Below, one piece after another: positions 32,256-41,330 of a DNA stretch of 64,000 bases. The stretch is taken from the NCBI GenBank assembly GCA_038207085.1, contig JBBRAE010000002.1, forward strand, positions 32,001-96,000. The letters run 5' to 3'. The stretch's first letter is position 1; every line of letters begins with the position of its first letter. Made by a program: the position numbers and the translations under genes. Source of the stretch: Armatimonadota bacterium (lineage in GTDB: Bacteria; Armatimonadota; UBA5829; DTLH01). Under the pieces are notes generated by a model, which saw only the letters and a program-made list of their open reading frames with translations, was not told the DNA's origin and ran no database searches.

Positions 32256-32774
32256 ATGAACTGGCGATCAAAACGAGGTAGAAAAGGTTGGGCCGTCGAT
32301 CCGGTGGACGATGCGCGGGTTGGACTGCGGGAGCGCATCGGCGGCAACGACCGTCTGTGGACGTGTTTTGCAGGTGTGGTGATCGTGCTTGGTGTGATCG
32401 GGATAGCCTATCATCCCGCGCGGGAGACAGGCAAAGTCGCCAAAGCGCCGATGGTAGCATCGGAGCGCGTTCTCAGTGCGTTGGAACGCCGAACGTTTCT
32501 TCGTGAGTTCGATCGGATCACTCGAAAACGAGGTGTTCCAGTAGAGGCTCAGTTCGAGGGTGGACGTCACCTGAAGCTTGTTATGGCAAACGATGTTGAC
32601 ATGGACAACCTCCATTACCTTTCAAGGACTGCCGCGCTGGTGCTTTACCGTCGATATCACATAGACCCCACCGTATCAACGTACACAAATGACATCAAGA
32701 CCTCTATTCCCAGACTTGCTGCCGTGACTCGTTGGGACCGCTTTGCCGGTGACTACTCAGTCAAGAACAAATGA
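32256..32774 (+). CDS. Hypothetical single-TM protein
   Basis: 172-aa ORF with one TM; start uncertain. Confidence 0.55.
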   Translation: MNWRSKRGRKGWAVDPVDDARVGLRERIGGNDRLWTCFAGVVIVLGVIGIAYHPARETGKVAKAPMVASERVLSALERRTFLREFDRITRKRGVPVEAQFEGGRHLKLVMANDVDMDNLHYLSRTAALVLYRRYHIDPTVSTYTNDIKTSIPRLAAVTRWDRFAGDYSVKNK

Positions 32775-32923
32775 GTTGAGTTAGGACTGACTCGTCGTGA
32801 TCGGCGGCGCTATCTCTTAAATGTCTACTGCTTGGCGATCGAACATATGTGCGGTATGTCTGGTGCATCTGCCTCCTGGGTATAGTGTATCTGAGCTGTT
32901 TATAATCAGTTGGAGGTAGAGCT

Positions 32924-33634
32924 ATGCGAAGAGTTTCTTTTGTTGCGGTTTTGGTCTTTGTGCTGGTTTGTGGGCGGTTGGCTGTGGCCCAGGTAGACGG
33001 GCGAGCCGTTATGGACATGATCCACGGCATCTCGGTGAGTGGCACGGCTGAGGTTAGCGCTGCTCCGGATATTGCTTATGTGACACTTGGTGTCAGATCG
33101 CGCGTGAAGACTGCTGCTGAGGCAGTGCGGGACAACGCGGGCGCTATGAACCGGGTTATGGAGGCGCTGAAACGTGGGGGCATCGGGAAGGCAGACATCG
33201 AAACAGTGCAGTATTCTCTTCAGCCCGTGTATGAGTATCCTCAAAACTCACCACAGAGACTTGTAGGTTATGAGGCGACAAACATGGTTAGGGTGACTGT
33301 AAGGGATCTGACCCGTGTTGGAACGTTAGTAGATGCCACTTCTGCGGCTGGGGCAAATGTAGTGCAGGACGTGTCGTTCTCTGTTCGGGATGAGTCGACG
33401 TTCCGTGCCAAAGCGCTTGCACTGGCGGCTCAGGATGCAAAGAGTAAAGCGGCGACCATCGCCACTGCGTTTGGGGTGAGCCTCGGGCGGTTGACTGATG
33501 TGAACGAGTCGGGAACTCCCGTTGTGATTCCTTACGTGCTTAGCGCGGAGTCTGCCAAGGCGAGTACTCCCATATCGCCTCAGCAGGTGCAGGTAAGAGC
33601 GAGTCTTACGGTGACCTTTGCGATTGATCCGTAA
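32924..33634 (+). CDS. SIMPL (DUF541) domain protein
   Basis: ISVSGTAEVSAAPDIA, LQPVYEY, GANVV, ALALAAQDAKSKA; GGAGG RBS. Confidence 0.92.
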   Translation: MRRVSFVAVLVFVLVCGRLAVAQVDGRAVMDMIHGISVSGTAEVSAAPDIAYVTLGVRSRVKTAAEAVRDNAGAMNRVMEALKRGGIGKADIETVQYSLQPVYEYPQNSPQRLVGYEATNMVRVTVRDLTRVGTLVDATSAAGANVVQDVSFSVRDESTFRAKALALAAQDAKSKAATIATAFGVSLGRLTDVNESGTPVVIPYVLSAESAKASTPISPQQVQVRASLTVTFAIDP

Positions 33635-33724
33635 TCGAGCCTCTCGTTGACACCTGGTAAATGTAGTGGTAAACTCGTCTTGTGGGCGCGAGAAAATATT
33701 AGTAAAGTTTTTTCGCAAATGGCC

Positions 33725-33752
33725 TAAAGAAGCTTGTGGCAGTGGCCGATAA
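33725..33752 (+). promoter_or_regulatory. Sigma-28 (FliA/SigD) promoter
   Basis: TAAA-N16-GCCGATAA upstream of flgM. Confidence 0.8.
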
Positions 33753-33774
33753 TCGGGATGTAGACAACATGTAA

Positions 33775-33866
33775 TCCGATAAAGGCAAACTCTTCGAAAG
33801 AAGGGGACGCAAAGCCGCAGGGGCTTCCTCCCGCATATATGCGAGAGATGCTGGCCAGGCCGCCGT
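33775..33866 (+). ncRNA. Cyclic di-GMP-I (GEMM) riboswitch
   Basis: AAAGGCAAA-CTCTTC-GAAA-GAAGGG-GACGCAAAGCC...GGCCGCCG matches the class I consensus. Confidence 0.88.
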
Positions 33867-33933
33867 TCTTCCTGATTCGATGGTTTGCCTTTTTTGCATG
33901 GTGGCCGGGGAGTCGGGGTCAGGAGCAGAGACG

Positions 33934-34236
33934 ATGAAGATTTCTATCAACGAGTGTGGACGCGCTGCGGCTTCGAACGACGATATGATCAAGGAGCGGA
34001 TTCTTCCGGAGAAGATGCCCCGGAAGGGTTCGGCGGCTCCTGCGGATTATTCGCACCTTACGCCACTGGAGCAGGGTATTCGCGTGGCAGAGGAGGCGCT
34101 TGCCTCGGTGCCCGATGTCCGAGAGAGTGTTGTCGAGGACCTGCGCAGGCGCATCAATAGTGGTGAATACAAGATAAGCGGCGAAGAAGTGGCCGATATG
34201 ATGCTTAGGCGAAGGGCGGCCGACCGTATCAGGTAG
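33934..34236 (+). CDS. flgM: Anti-sigma-28 factor FlgM
   Basis: C-terminal PDVRESVVEDLRRRINSGEYKISGEEVADMML; AGGAG RBS; sigma-28 promoter upstream. Confidence 0.85.
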   Translation: MKISINECGRAAASNDDMIKERILPEKMPRKGSAAPADYSHLTPLEQGIRVAEEALASVPDVRESVVEDLRRRINSGEYKISGEEVADMMLRRRAADRIR

Positions 34237-34266
34237 CAGAGTCTGCGTCCTTGAACTGGAGATTTT

Positions 34267-34294
34267 GAGAGGCCGGTAAGTTGGCCTCTCTTTT
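34267..34294 (+). terminator. Intrinsic terminator after flgM
   Basis: GAGAGGCC-ggtaagtt-GGCCTCTC-TTTT. Confidence 0.7.
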
Positions 34295-34372
34295 CATGTG
34301 TACCGTGTTGGAGGATTGGGCTGTGCTTGTGGCGAAGATAGTAGTTACTCGTATGTGCGTGGAGAGCGATTG

Positions 34373-35149
34373 ATGGGTTTTACGTTTGCTGTAGTTAACC
34401 AGAAGGGTGGGGTCGGCAAGACGACGACTTCCGTGAACCTTGCCGCGTGTGCCGCTGCGGAAGGTGAGAGGGTTTTGCTCGTAGATACCGACCCGCAGGG
34501 CAATGCGACAAGCGGGGTAGGTGTTGTGAAGTCGAGTCTTCGTGCGTGCGTGTACGATGTATTGATCAATGACGAGTCTATCGAGAATGTCGTTGTGAAG
34601 ACCGATACCCCTAATCTCGACCTTGTCCCGGCTCGTCTCGATCTTGCAGGTGCTGACATAGAGCTTATGTCTATGATGTCACGGGAGATGAAGCTCAAGA
34701 ATGCGCTTGCCAGTGTGAAGGATAAGTACTCACTGATCATCATTGATTGTCCGCCGTCCCTTGGCCTGATCACCATCAACGTGCTCACCGCTGCTGATTA
34801 TGTGATTATGCCGATTCAGTGCGAGTATTATGCTCTTGAGGGAATCAGTCAGCTTCTGCGGACCGTGGAACTGGTTCGCCAGCATCTGAACCCGGCGCTT
34901 GAAATTGCGAAAGTCCTGCTGACGATGTACGATTATCGGACGAACCTTTCTCAGCAGGTTGTCAAAGAGGTTCAGGTTTTCTTTCCTGATCAAGTGTCCG
35001 AGATTCTTGTTCCGCGAAACGTTCGTCTTTCGGAGGCGCCGAGCCATGGTTTGCCGATTATCGCTTATGATCCCAAGTCGAAAGGTGCGGAGGCCTATAA
35101 GAGGTTCTCTGCTGAGGTGGTAGCATTTGGAAAAGAGAGGGCTAGGTAG
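34373..35149 (+). CDS. parA: Chromosome partitioning ATPase ParA/Soj
   Basis: NQKGGVGKTT, DPQGNATSG, DCPPSLG, QCEYYALEG, RNVRLSEAPSHG. Confidence 0.97.
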   Translation: MGFTFAVVNQKGGVGKTTTSVNLAACAAAEGERVLLVDTDPQGNATSGVGVVKSSLRACVYDVLINDESIENVVVKTDTPNLDLVPARLDLAGADIELMSMMSREMKLKNALASVKDKYSLIIIDCPPSLGLITINVLTAADYVIMPIQCEYYALEGISQLLRTVELVRQHLNPALEIAKVLLTMYDYRTNLSQQVVKEVQVFFPDQVSEILVPRNVRLSEAPSHGLPIIAYDPKSKGAEAYKRFSAEVVAFGKERAR

Positions 35150-35990
35150 GGGCCTCGGAGCGCTTATCCCTGGCGCTGACCGGGAAGAGCGGGCTCCGAT
35201 GGAGATCCCTATAGATCGTATAGAGTTTAACAGATACCAGCCGCGCAAGAGCATAAACGATGAGAAGTTCCAGGAATTGGTTCGCTCTGTGCGGCTTCAC
35301 GGTATTTTGCAGCCCATTGTCGTACGTACGTCTGGTGTTGATCGCTATGAACTTGTTGCTGGTGAACGCAGACTGCGTGCGGCTACGCAGTCCGGCCTGT
35401 CGCGCATACCGGCGGTCGTCAAGGAGTTCACGGACGAGCAGAGCCTGGAAGTGGCGTTGATCGAGAACTTGCAACGTGAGGACATCGGGTGTCTGGACAG
35501 TGCGGTAGCATACAAGAAACTGGTTGACGAATTCGGCTTGACCCAGGATGAGATTGCATTTCGGCTGGGTAAGAGTCGTCCGAGTATCGCAAATACGCTT
35601 AGGCTCCTGAATCTGCCGGACGGAATTCAACAGAGCTTGCTTGCCGGAGAAATCACGGAAGGTCACGCCCGAGCTATTCTGGGTATCGGAGAGCTGGATC
35701 GACAGATGGACGTGTGGCGTCGCGTGGTCGCCGGCAAGTTATCTGTGCGGGAAACAGAGAAGCTGTGCCGTGAAACCCCGGTCGGGAATGTTTCACGTGA
35801 AACATTGTCTGCGCCCGTAGAGTCGGCACTGCCTCGTGATCCCAATCTGGATGCCGTTGAGGAGCATCTCAGGCGGCTGTTTGGGACGCGCGTAACGATC
35901 AGTGCTGGCAAGGACAGGGGTAGGATAGTGATTGAATACTACAACGAGGACGATCTGACGCGGTTGCTCACGTTGCTTGGTGCGGACTAA
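35127..35990 (+). CDS. parB: Chromosome partitioning protein ParB/Spo0J
   Basis: KRGLGRGLGALI, QPR, AGERRLRA, ALIENLQRED, GKSRPSIANTLRLL. Confidence 0.97.
   Translation: MEKRGLGRGLGALIPGADREERAPMEIPIDRIEFNRYQPRKSINDEKFQELVRSVRLHGILQPIVVRTSGVDRYELVAGERRLRAATQSGLSRIPAVVKEFTDEQSLEVALIENLQREDIGCLDSAVAYKKLVDEFGLTQDEIAFRLGKSRPSIANTLRLLNLPDGIQQSLLAGEITEGHARAILGIGELDRQMDVWRRVVAGKLSVRETEKLCRETPVGNVSRETLSAPVESALPRDPNLDAVEEHLRRLFGTRVTISAGKDRGRIVIEYYNEDDLTRLLTLLGAD
35789..35804. other. parS centromere-like site (perfect)
   Basis: TGTTTCACGTGAAACA inside parB; palindrome extends over 35787-35806. Confidence 0.9.
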
Positions 35991-36002
35991 TAAGGGGAGA
36001 CG

Positions 36003-36590
36003 ATGCGGCAGTGTGCAATTAGGCGTAAGTCGCTTGTGCTTGTGATCATTTTGGCCACGTGTTTCGCGTATGTCGGTGGAAGGTTCTTAGTTGGACCTCT
36101 ACTTAGCCGAGCATCCACGGTCAGAGTCACTAGCGTCGACAGTGCGACACCTCATATTAATCTAGCGCAATCGTTACCGACTCATCAGTTGTTGCGAAGT
36201 CGTGCGCTGGAACGCGAGGTTGTGACGTCTGAAAGCTCCAAGCCGCGGGTACATTCTCAGTCTCTTCGCGTTAGAGCCGACAATGATGCCTGGGCCCATG
36301 CCACACCACGTCTCGATGAACCGTCCACTGCTGCCGATTCCACCAACTCAATGGGCAAGGGTTATGTGCTACGGGTTGGCAGCTACTCACAGGAGTCTCA
36401 AGCGGACAGTGTTGGACAGTCGATCGCTAGGTTGGGTTACAAAGTGACGGTGACTCAGCGTGGCAGGGCGGATAAACCACGATTCAATGTGTCTGTCGGG
36501 CCTTTTGCGAACCAGGCTGCCACGCGAGAGGCGGAGGCAGCGATAAAGGATGCTGGTGTAGAGGCTGTGGATGCCCCATCTGACCGCTAG
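36003..36590 (+). CDS. SPOR domain-containing protein
   Basis: N-terminal TM, low-complexity linker, YVLRVGSYS...FNVSVGPF. Confidence 0.85.
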   Translation: MRQCAIRRKSLVLVIILATCFAYVGGRFLVGPLLSRASTVRVTSVDSATPHINLAQSLPTHQLLRSRALEREVVTSESSKPRVHSQSLRVRADNDAWAHATPRLDEPSTAADSTNSMGKGYVLRVGSYSQESQADSVGQSIARLGYKVTVTQRGRADKPRFNVSVGPFANQAATREAEAAIKDAGVEAVDAPSDR

Positions 36591-37025
36591 TGGTGGCTTG
36601 GTGTCCTTGTGAATCAAATCCTTCAGAATATTTCCTCTTTTATGCGAACATATCGAGCACAACCCCTGTCTAATACATGTCTCGACAATATGTATACTTA
36701 TAGACGACCAGCGGAGACAACGTCGGACTACAATCAGGTTGGGGAAACCGCGAGCGGATGGATACCTCGAGTTCCGTGTGCGTAACGAGCAAACACACGG
36801 TCGGGGATGCGCTGATGTGACTTTGCAAATAGCCAAGTGGCATTTGCTGTGCACCGTCCGCGTTGGCGGGCCGCTACGGGATGATTGGGAGCCTGCAGGC
36901 TGTTGGGAGCTCGATTAATATAGTCAATCATGCTTTTGGCGACAATGTGACGTGTGGATCACTCGGCAGCAGTTCTCAGAGTGGTTCTGGCAAGGCAGCA
37001 GCGTGCTTCAACAGTAAAAACAACG

Positions 37026-37106
37026 TTAGCCTGCATTATTCACGAGGAGCGTGAATAATGCTTTGCTAGCGAGAGCTTTATTCGCTTCACGAATAAAGCG
37101 GGCTAG
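37026..37106 (+). repeat. Palindromic element, composite A+B copy 3
   Basis: TTAGCCTGCATTATTCACG...CGAATAAAGCGGGCTAG. Confidence 0.95.
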
Positions 37107-37687
37107 GATTGTGGAGTCATGTCCGAAATCTGCATCCTAAACAATGGCTGTTAGCGTCGGTCAGTTGTGGTGATACATTAACTAGCCCCCAATGTGTGCG
37201 GACTACTGGTAGTGAACAGTTGCCATTCTGCGTCTTGCGGGAAGTGTCTGGTGGGACTGACAGTTATATCGGCATCAGGGTGACAATTATGGGGTAGCTG
37301 GAGTGTGTGCGAGTGTGATAGGGTGGATTTAGATGTGTTTGGTATTCGTAGCACGAGTTGAGGTTCCGTGAGATGCGCCCGAGCGACCATCCTTTAGTAT
37401 CCCAGTGCCGCGCACCCTGCAATGCTGTGGCGCGACATTTCTATATTGTTGCTCAAAGGATCTGCAGGGATGTGGCTGGGAACTTGGCACTGCAGGAAAG
37501 GCATTGCGAGGTGTGCCATGTTTGCTCGTGTCCTACGGAGTGATTCTATCCTTGGAAAACTATGGATTTGGTTCGGAACAGGCGTAGGTGATCGTAATTT
37601 TGGAATTTAGAGGAGGATGATCTATCTCAACAATTGACACTCCCGACTCTGGTATTGTACAATCACAATGACAAGGAGGCTCTTGAA

Positions 37688-38569
37688 ATGAAGCGACAAA
37701 AAGGTTTTACACTTATTGAGCTGTTGGTCGTTATCGCGATCATCGCAATTCTTGCTGCGATTCTCTTCCCAGTTTTTGCAAAGGCTAGAGAAGCCGCCCG
37801 CAACACTAGCTGCATTCAGAACATGAACCAGATCGGCAAGGCTATGAAAAGCTATCAGACCGACTGGGAAGACATGTATCCCACGAATCGTGGCTGGTCC
37901 CTCCCAGGAAGAATCCTGGTACCTGCAACTATAGGCATCGACGGAATCTGCAGCCACGTTGCGCTATCACCAACGGATACCACTGGCACAATGAACCCAG
38001 AGCCTAGATTCGATGGTGGTATCAACTGGGTGGAGGCGTTGCAGTCATATGTTGACAAGCTGGCTGAACAAGGTGACGCCCAGTCGATTTGGAAGTGCCC
38101 AAGCGCATCCACGGACGTGAGCGGATTTGCTTATGAATCCACTGCAAATGTGTCTCGGCCCAATTTGCTTGCTCCTGGACCGCTTACCGCTACGGTTACC
38201 TACGCGCTGAACTTCAACCTGTTGGAAATGCCAGACGCAAGCGTTAAGTATCCCGGTAACACGCTAATGCTTCGTGAAACTTACAGGCTGGTTGGTTCTG
38301 CCGCGTTCGGCAAACCCACTACCGCTGGCGGTGTGCCTCAAGACGTCTTCCTAACATCTGAAGACAATATTGGCGCGTCAGCGGATGGCACTCCCGCGAA
38401 ACCGAAAGTTCACCAGGCGGGATCGAACATGCTTTTTGTCGATGGACACACCAAGACCATATCGACAGCAAAGATGCCTACCACGATCGATCCTGCATGG
38501 GTGGATAGCAGAAAAGTATATTGGAACGCTCCTGACGGTGATGCGCGAACGATCGCGGTCACTCCGTAA
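37688..38569 (+). CDS. Prepilin-type N-terminal cleavage/methylation protein with DUF1559 and H-X9-DG motif
   Basis: [34 protein letters not shown]...[25 protein letters not shown]. Confidence 0.93.
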   Translation: MKRQKGFTLIELLVVIAIIAILAAILFPVFAKAREAARNTSCIQNMNQIGKAMKSYQTDWEDMYPTNRGWSLPGRILVPATIGIDGICSHVALSPTDTTGTMNPEPRFDGGINWVEALQSYVDKLAEQGDAQSIWKCPSASTDVSGFAYESTANVSRPNLLAPGPLTATVTYALNFNLLEMPDASVKYPGNTLMLRETYRLVGSAAFGKPTTAGGVPQDVFLTSEDNIGASADGTPAKPKVHQAGSNMLFVDGHTKTISTAKMPTTIDPAWVDSRKVYWNAPDGDARTIAVTP

Positions 38570-38585
38570 ACTGAAACTAATCCTC

Positions 38586-38626
38586 GGCCCCGCGAAAACT
38601 TAGCTTCGCGGGGCTGTTTTTGTTTT
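38586..38626 (+). terminator. Intrinsic terminator
   Basis: GCCCCGCGAA...TTCGCGGGGC followed by TGTTTTTGTTTT. Confidence 0.75.
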
Positions 38627-38642
38627 GGAATGCGACGAGGCA

Positions 38643-38683
38643 CTAGCGAGAGCTTTATTCGCTTTACGAATAAAGCGGGCTAG
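38643..38683 (+). repeat. Palindromic element, unit B alone, CTAG-flanked
   Basis: CTAGCGAGAGCTTTATTCGctttaCGAATAAAGCGGGCTAG; overlaps the TAG stop of the epimerase. Confidence 0.93.
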
Positions 38684-39735
38684 AGCCCCAGGCCGGACGA
38701 CTCAGTGGGGCGGAGCATTGCGCCGGCGCGGTGGAATCCTCCACTGCCGGAGTCGGCTAGAAGCAGGTCTCCGTCGAGATCAAAATGCCTGAATCCAGAA
38801 GCGGCGCACGCGACTTGAAGGGCTGCGGCTATCCCAACACGCGGCTCGATCATACATCCGAGCATCAGATCAAGCCCATATTGAGCGCAGATCCTTGCGA
38901 TCTCAAGTGCGCCAAAGACTCCGGACTTCATAATCTTTACGTTTATCCCGCGAACCGCCCGGCGTTCGGCAAGACGGATCACATCCTCGGGAGTCTGCGC
39001 GCTTTCGTCGGCGAAAACAGGCACCTGCAGCCTCTCAGTGACGTACACAAGCCCGTCGATGTCCCCTGCATCGACCGGCTGCTCGAAAAGCACTACCTCC
39101 ACCCCCCAGGCTACTAGCCTCTCCATAAAGTCGACAGCGTCGCGCGGGGCGAACCCCTGGTTTGCGTCCACGATCAGGCACGAGCCCGGCACCGCCTCGG
39201 TGATAGCCACTGCCCGAGCAATATCCTGATCCGGGTCCGTGCCGCTCACCTTGACCTTGAACCTTCGAAATCCAAGCGCCCCGGCGTGTCGCGTGAGTTC
39301 CACTGCGTGGGCAGGAGGGACTACGGGGATTGTCAGATCGGTCTCGATGCTCCGAGACGTGCCGCCCAGGAGAACATAGGACGGTTTGCCTGCCAGCTTT
39401 CCGGCCGCGTCGATGATCGCCATCTCGACGCCGGCTCTGGCGCTTGGGGAAGCTGGCAGCGCTTCAGCGAGTCGGGCTCCAAGAGTCAGGAACGCCGAAA
39501 CGTCCTGCCCGACAATCGCCTGAGCGGCGCGCTCGACGTCGGCGGCGACCGACTGCACCGTTTCTCCGGTCACATACGCAAGAGGAGTCGATGCGCCAAA
39601 GCCCAATATTCCACCCTCAATGACAAGCTCGACATACACCGTGTTCGACACGTTCGCCCGCCGCTTTGCCGTCTCAAACGGCTCTTTAAGCGGCATTTGG
39701 ACGTGTCGGGAAGAAATTCCAACAATTCTACTCAT
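38680..39735 (-). CDS. Dipeptide epimerase (L-Ala-D/L-Glu, enolase superfamily)
   Basis: FKVKV, VDANQG, FEQPV, ADES, NVKIMKSG, MLGCMIE, DLDG. Confidence 0.9.
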   Translation of the reverse strand: MSRIVGISSRHVQMPLKEPFETAKRRANVSNTVYVELVIEGGILGFGASTPLAYVTGETVQSVAADVERAAQAIVGQDVSAFLTLGARLAEALPASPSARAGVEMAIIDAAGKLAGKPSYVLLGGTSRSIETDLTIPVVPPAHAVELTRHAGALGFRRFKVKVSGTDPDQDIARAVAITEAVPGSCLIVDANQGFAPRDAVDFMERLVAWGVEVVLFEQPVDAGDIDGLVYVTERLQVPVFADESAQTPEDVIRLAERRAVRGINVKIMKSGVFGALEIARICAQYGLDLMLGCMIEPRVGIAAALQVACAASGFRHFDLDGDLLLADSGSGGFHRAGAMLRPTESSGLGL

Positions 39736-39776
39736 AGTGGCTTGATTATAGCAGGGATTTGGGCGTATAAACAGAT

Positions 39777-41222
39777 ATGAAACTGTTGAATAGGCATCTG
39801 ATGCTACTGTTGGCGCTCACGGTGACGAGCGTCGCCCAGGCCGACGCGAATCTTTCTAGCAGGATCGACCGGCTACTTGCGAGCCCTGCGCTTGTGCATG
39901 GCACACAGGGGGTGATCGTTCAATCGCTTTCAACCGGACGGGTGCTCTATGAGCGAAACGCCGACCTCGCGCTTGTCCCGGCGTCGAACTTCAAGCTATT
40001 GGTATCTGCGGCGGCTCTTGACCGGTTCGGGCCGGAACACAGACTGCTCACCCGGGTCTGTTTCACGGGAAACGTTGGGTCTAACGGTGCGCTATCAGGC
40101 GACATCGTGCTTGTTGGGGGCGGGGACCCCTTGTTTAGCCGCGCCGACCTCTTGGAGCTTGCGCGGGCGGTGGCGGCAAAGGGGGTTCGCAGCGTAACTG
40201 GAGCGGTTGTAGGTGACGACACGCTCTTTGACGATGTGCGCCTTGGCCTGGGGTGGGCCTGGAGCGATGAGCCCTATTACTACTCGGCGGAGATCAGCGC
40301 GCTCTGTCTGGATGGCAACGCGGTCGACGTCTACGTGTCGCCGGGAGCTGGGGCAGGGGAGTCGGCGCGGGTGCGGATCGATCCGCCGACCTCGTTTGTT
40401 CGGGTGGAGAACACTGCGGTTACGGCCCTGTCCGGGGAAGACTCGATCTCCGTCAGTCGGGTGCACGGCAGAAATGTGATTCGGGTGACCGGGAATGTTC
40501 CGGTTGGCTTGCAGGTGAAAGGTCCGATTGAGAGGATCTCGGTGGTTGACCCGGCACTATACGCTGCAACCGAGTTTCGTTCGGCGCTTGAGGCCTCTGG
40601 GGTTAAGGTAGCAGGGCGGACGTTCACTCGCAAGCTTTCTCTAGGTTCGACTCCGGCGGCGGAGCATCTGTCCCCTCCGCTTTCGGTGATTCTTTCCAAG
40701 CTGCTCAAGCCAAGCGACAATCTGATCGCTGAGGTGCTCTTCAAGTCGCTTGGTGCCGCGACATCTGGGGTTGGTACGGCTGAGACCGCGCAGGCGGCTG
40801 AAATCGAGTTCATCAAGCGCTCTGGGATGGATCCGGGCGCGGTATCGATCGCAGACGGCTCGGGACTCTCTCGCAGAGACTATACAACACCGCAAAACCT
40901 TGTTCTGCTGCTTAAGTATATGTGGGGCCACAAAAACGGGCGGGTGTTCATCGACGCCCTTCCAATTGCCGGGGTCGATGGCACGCTGCGCAACCGGATG
41001 AAAGGGACCGCTGCCGCCGGAAACGTTCGAGCCAAAACCGGGTATGTCAGCCGCGTGAGCTGTCTATCGGGGTACGTTACGACAAAATCGGGTGATCCTT
41101 TGGCTTTTTCCATTATGATGAACGGTCACCTCTGTCCAAACTCTGATGCGACCAGGGTGCAGGATGCGATTTGTGAGGCTCTGGCAGGCTACAACGCTGA
41201 GTTATTGCCACAAACGCGTTAG
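39777..41222 (+). CDS. dacB: D-Ala-D-Ala carboxypeptidase/endopeptidase (PBP4)
   Basis: PASNFK, GGGDP, SDNLIAE, DGSGLSR, AKTG. Confidence 0.93.
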   Translation: MKLLNRHLMLLLALTVTSVAQADANLSSRIDRLLASPALVHGTQGVIVQSLSTGRVLYERNADLALVPASNFKLLVSAAALDRFGPEHRLLTRVCFTGNVGSNGALSGDIVLVGGGDPLFSRADLLELARAVAAKGVRSVTGAVVGDDTLFDDVRLGLGWAWSDEPYYYSAEISALCLDGNAVDVYVSPGAGAGESARVRIDPPTSFVRVENTAVTALSGEDSISVSRVHGRNVIRVTGNVPVGLQVKGPIERISVVDPALYAATEFRSALEASGVKVAGRTFTRKLSLGSTPAAEHLSPPLSVILSKLLKPSDNLIAEVLFKSLGAATSGVGTAETAQAAEIEFIKRSGMDPGAVSIADGSGLSRRDYTTPQNLVLLLKYMWGHKNGRVFIDALPIAGVDGTLRNRMKGTAAAGNVRAKTGYVSRVSCLSGYVTTKSGDPLAFSIMMNGHLCPNSDATRVQDAICEALAGYNAELLPQTR

Positions 41223-41234
41223 AACGTATATAAT
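41205..41234 (+). promoter_or_regulatory. Sigma-70-type promoter of glnA
   Basis: TTGCCA-N18-TATAAT. Confidence 0.55.
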
Positions 41235-41330
41235 TAAACGTTGCACTAGTACCGGATTAGCCTGATTCTTCGGCTTCGGCAAAGAATAAGTTCCAGGTTA
41301 AGCGTGCACTAGGATGAGGGAGGTCGCGCT

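Noticed and set aside
36591..37687. oriC
   Set aside because: I saw no exact DnaA box, only isolated mismatched ones such as TGTGGATCA, and there is no dnaA in the window.
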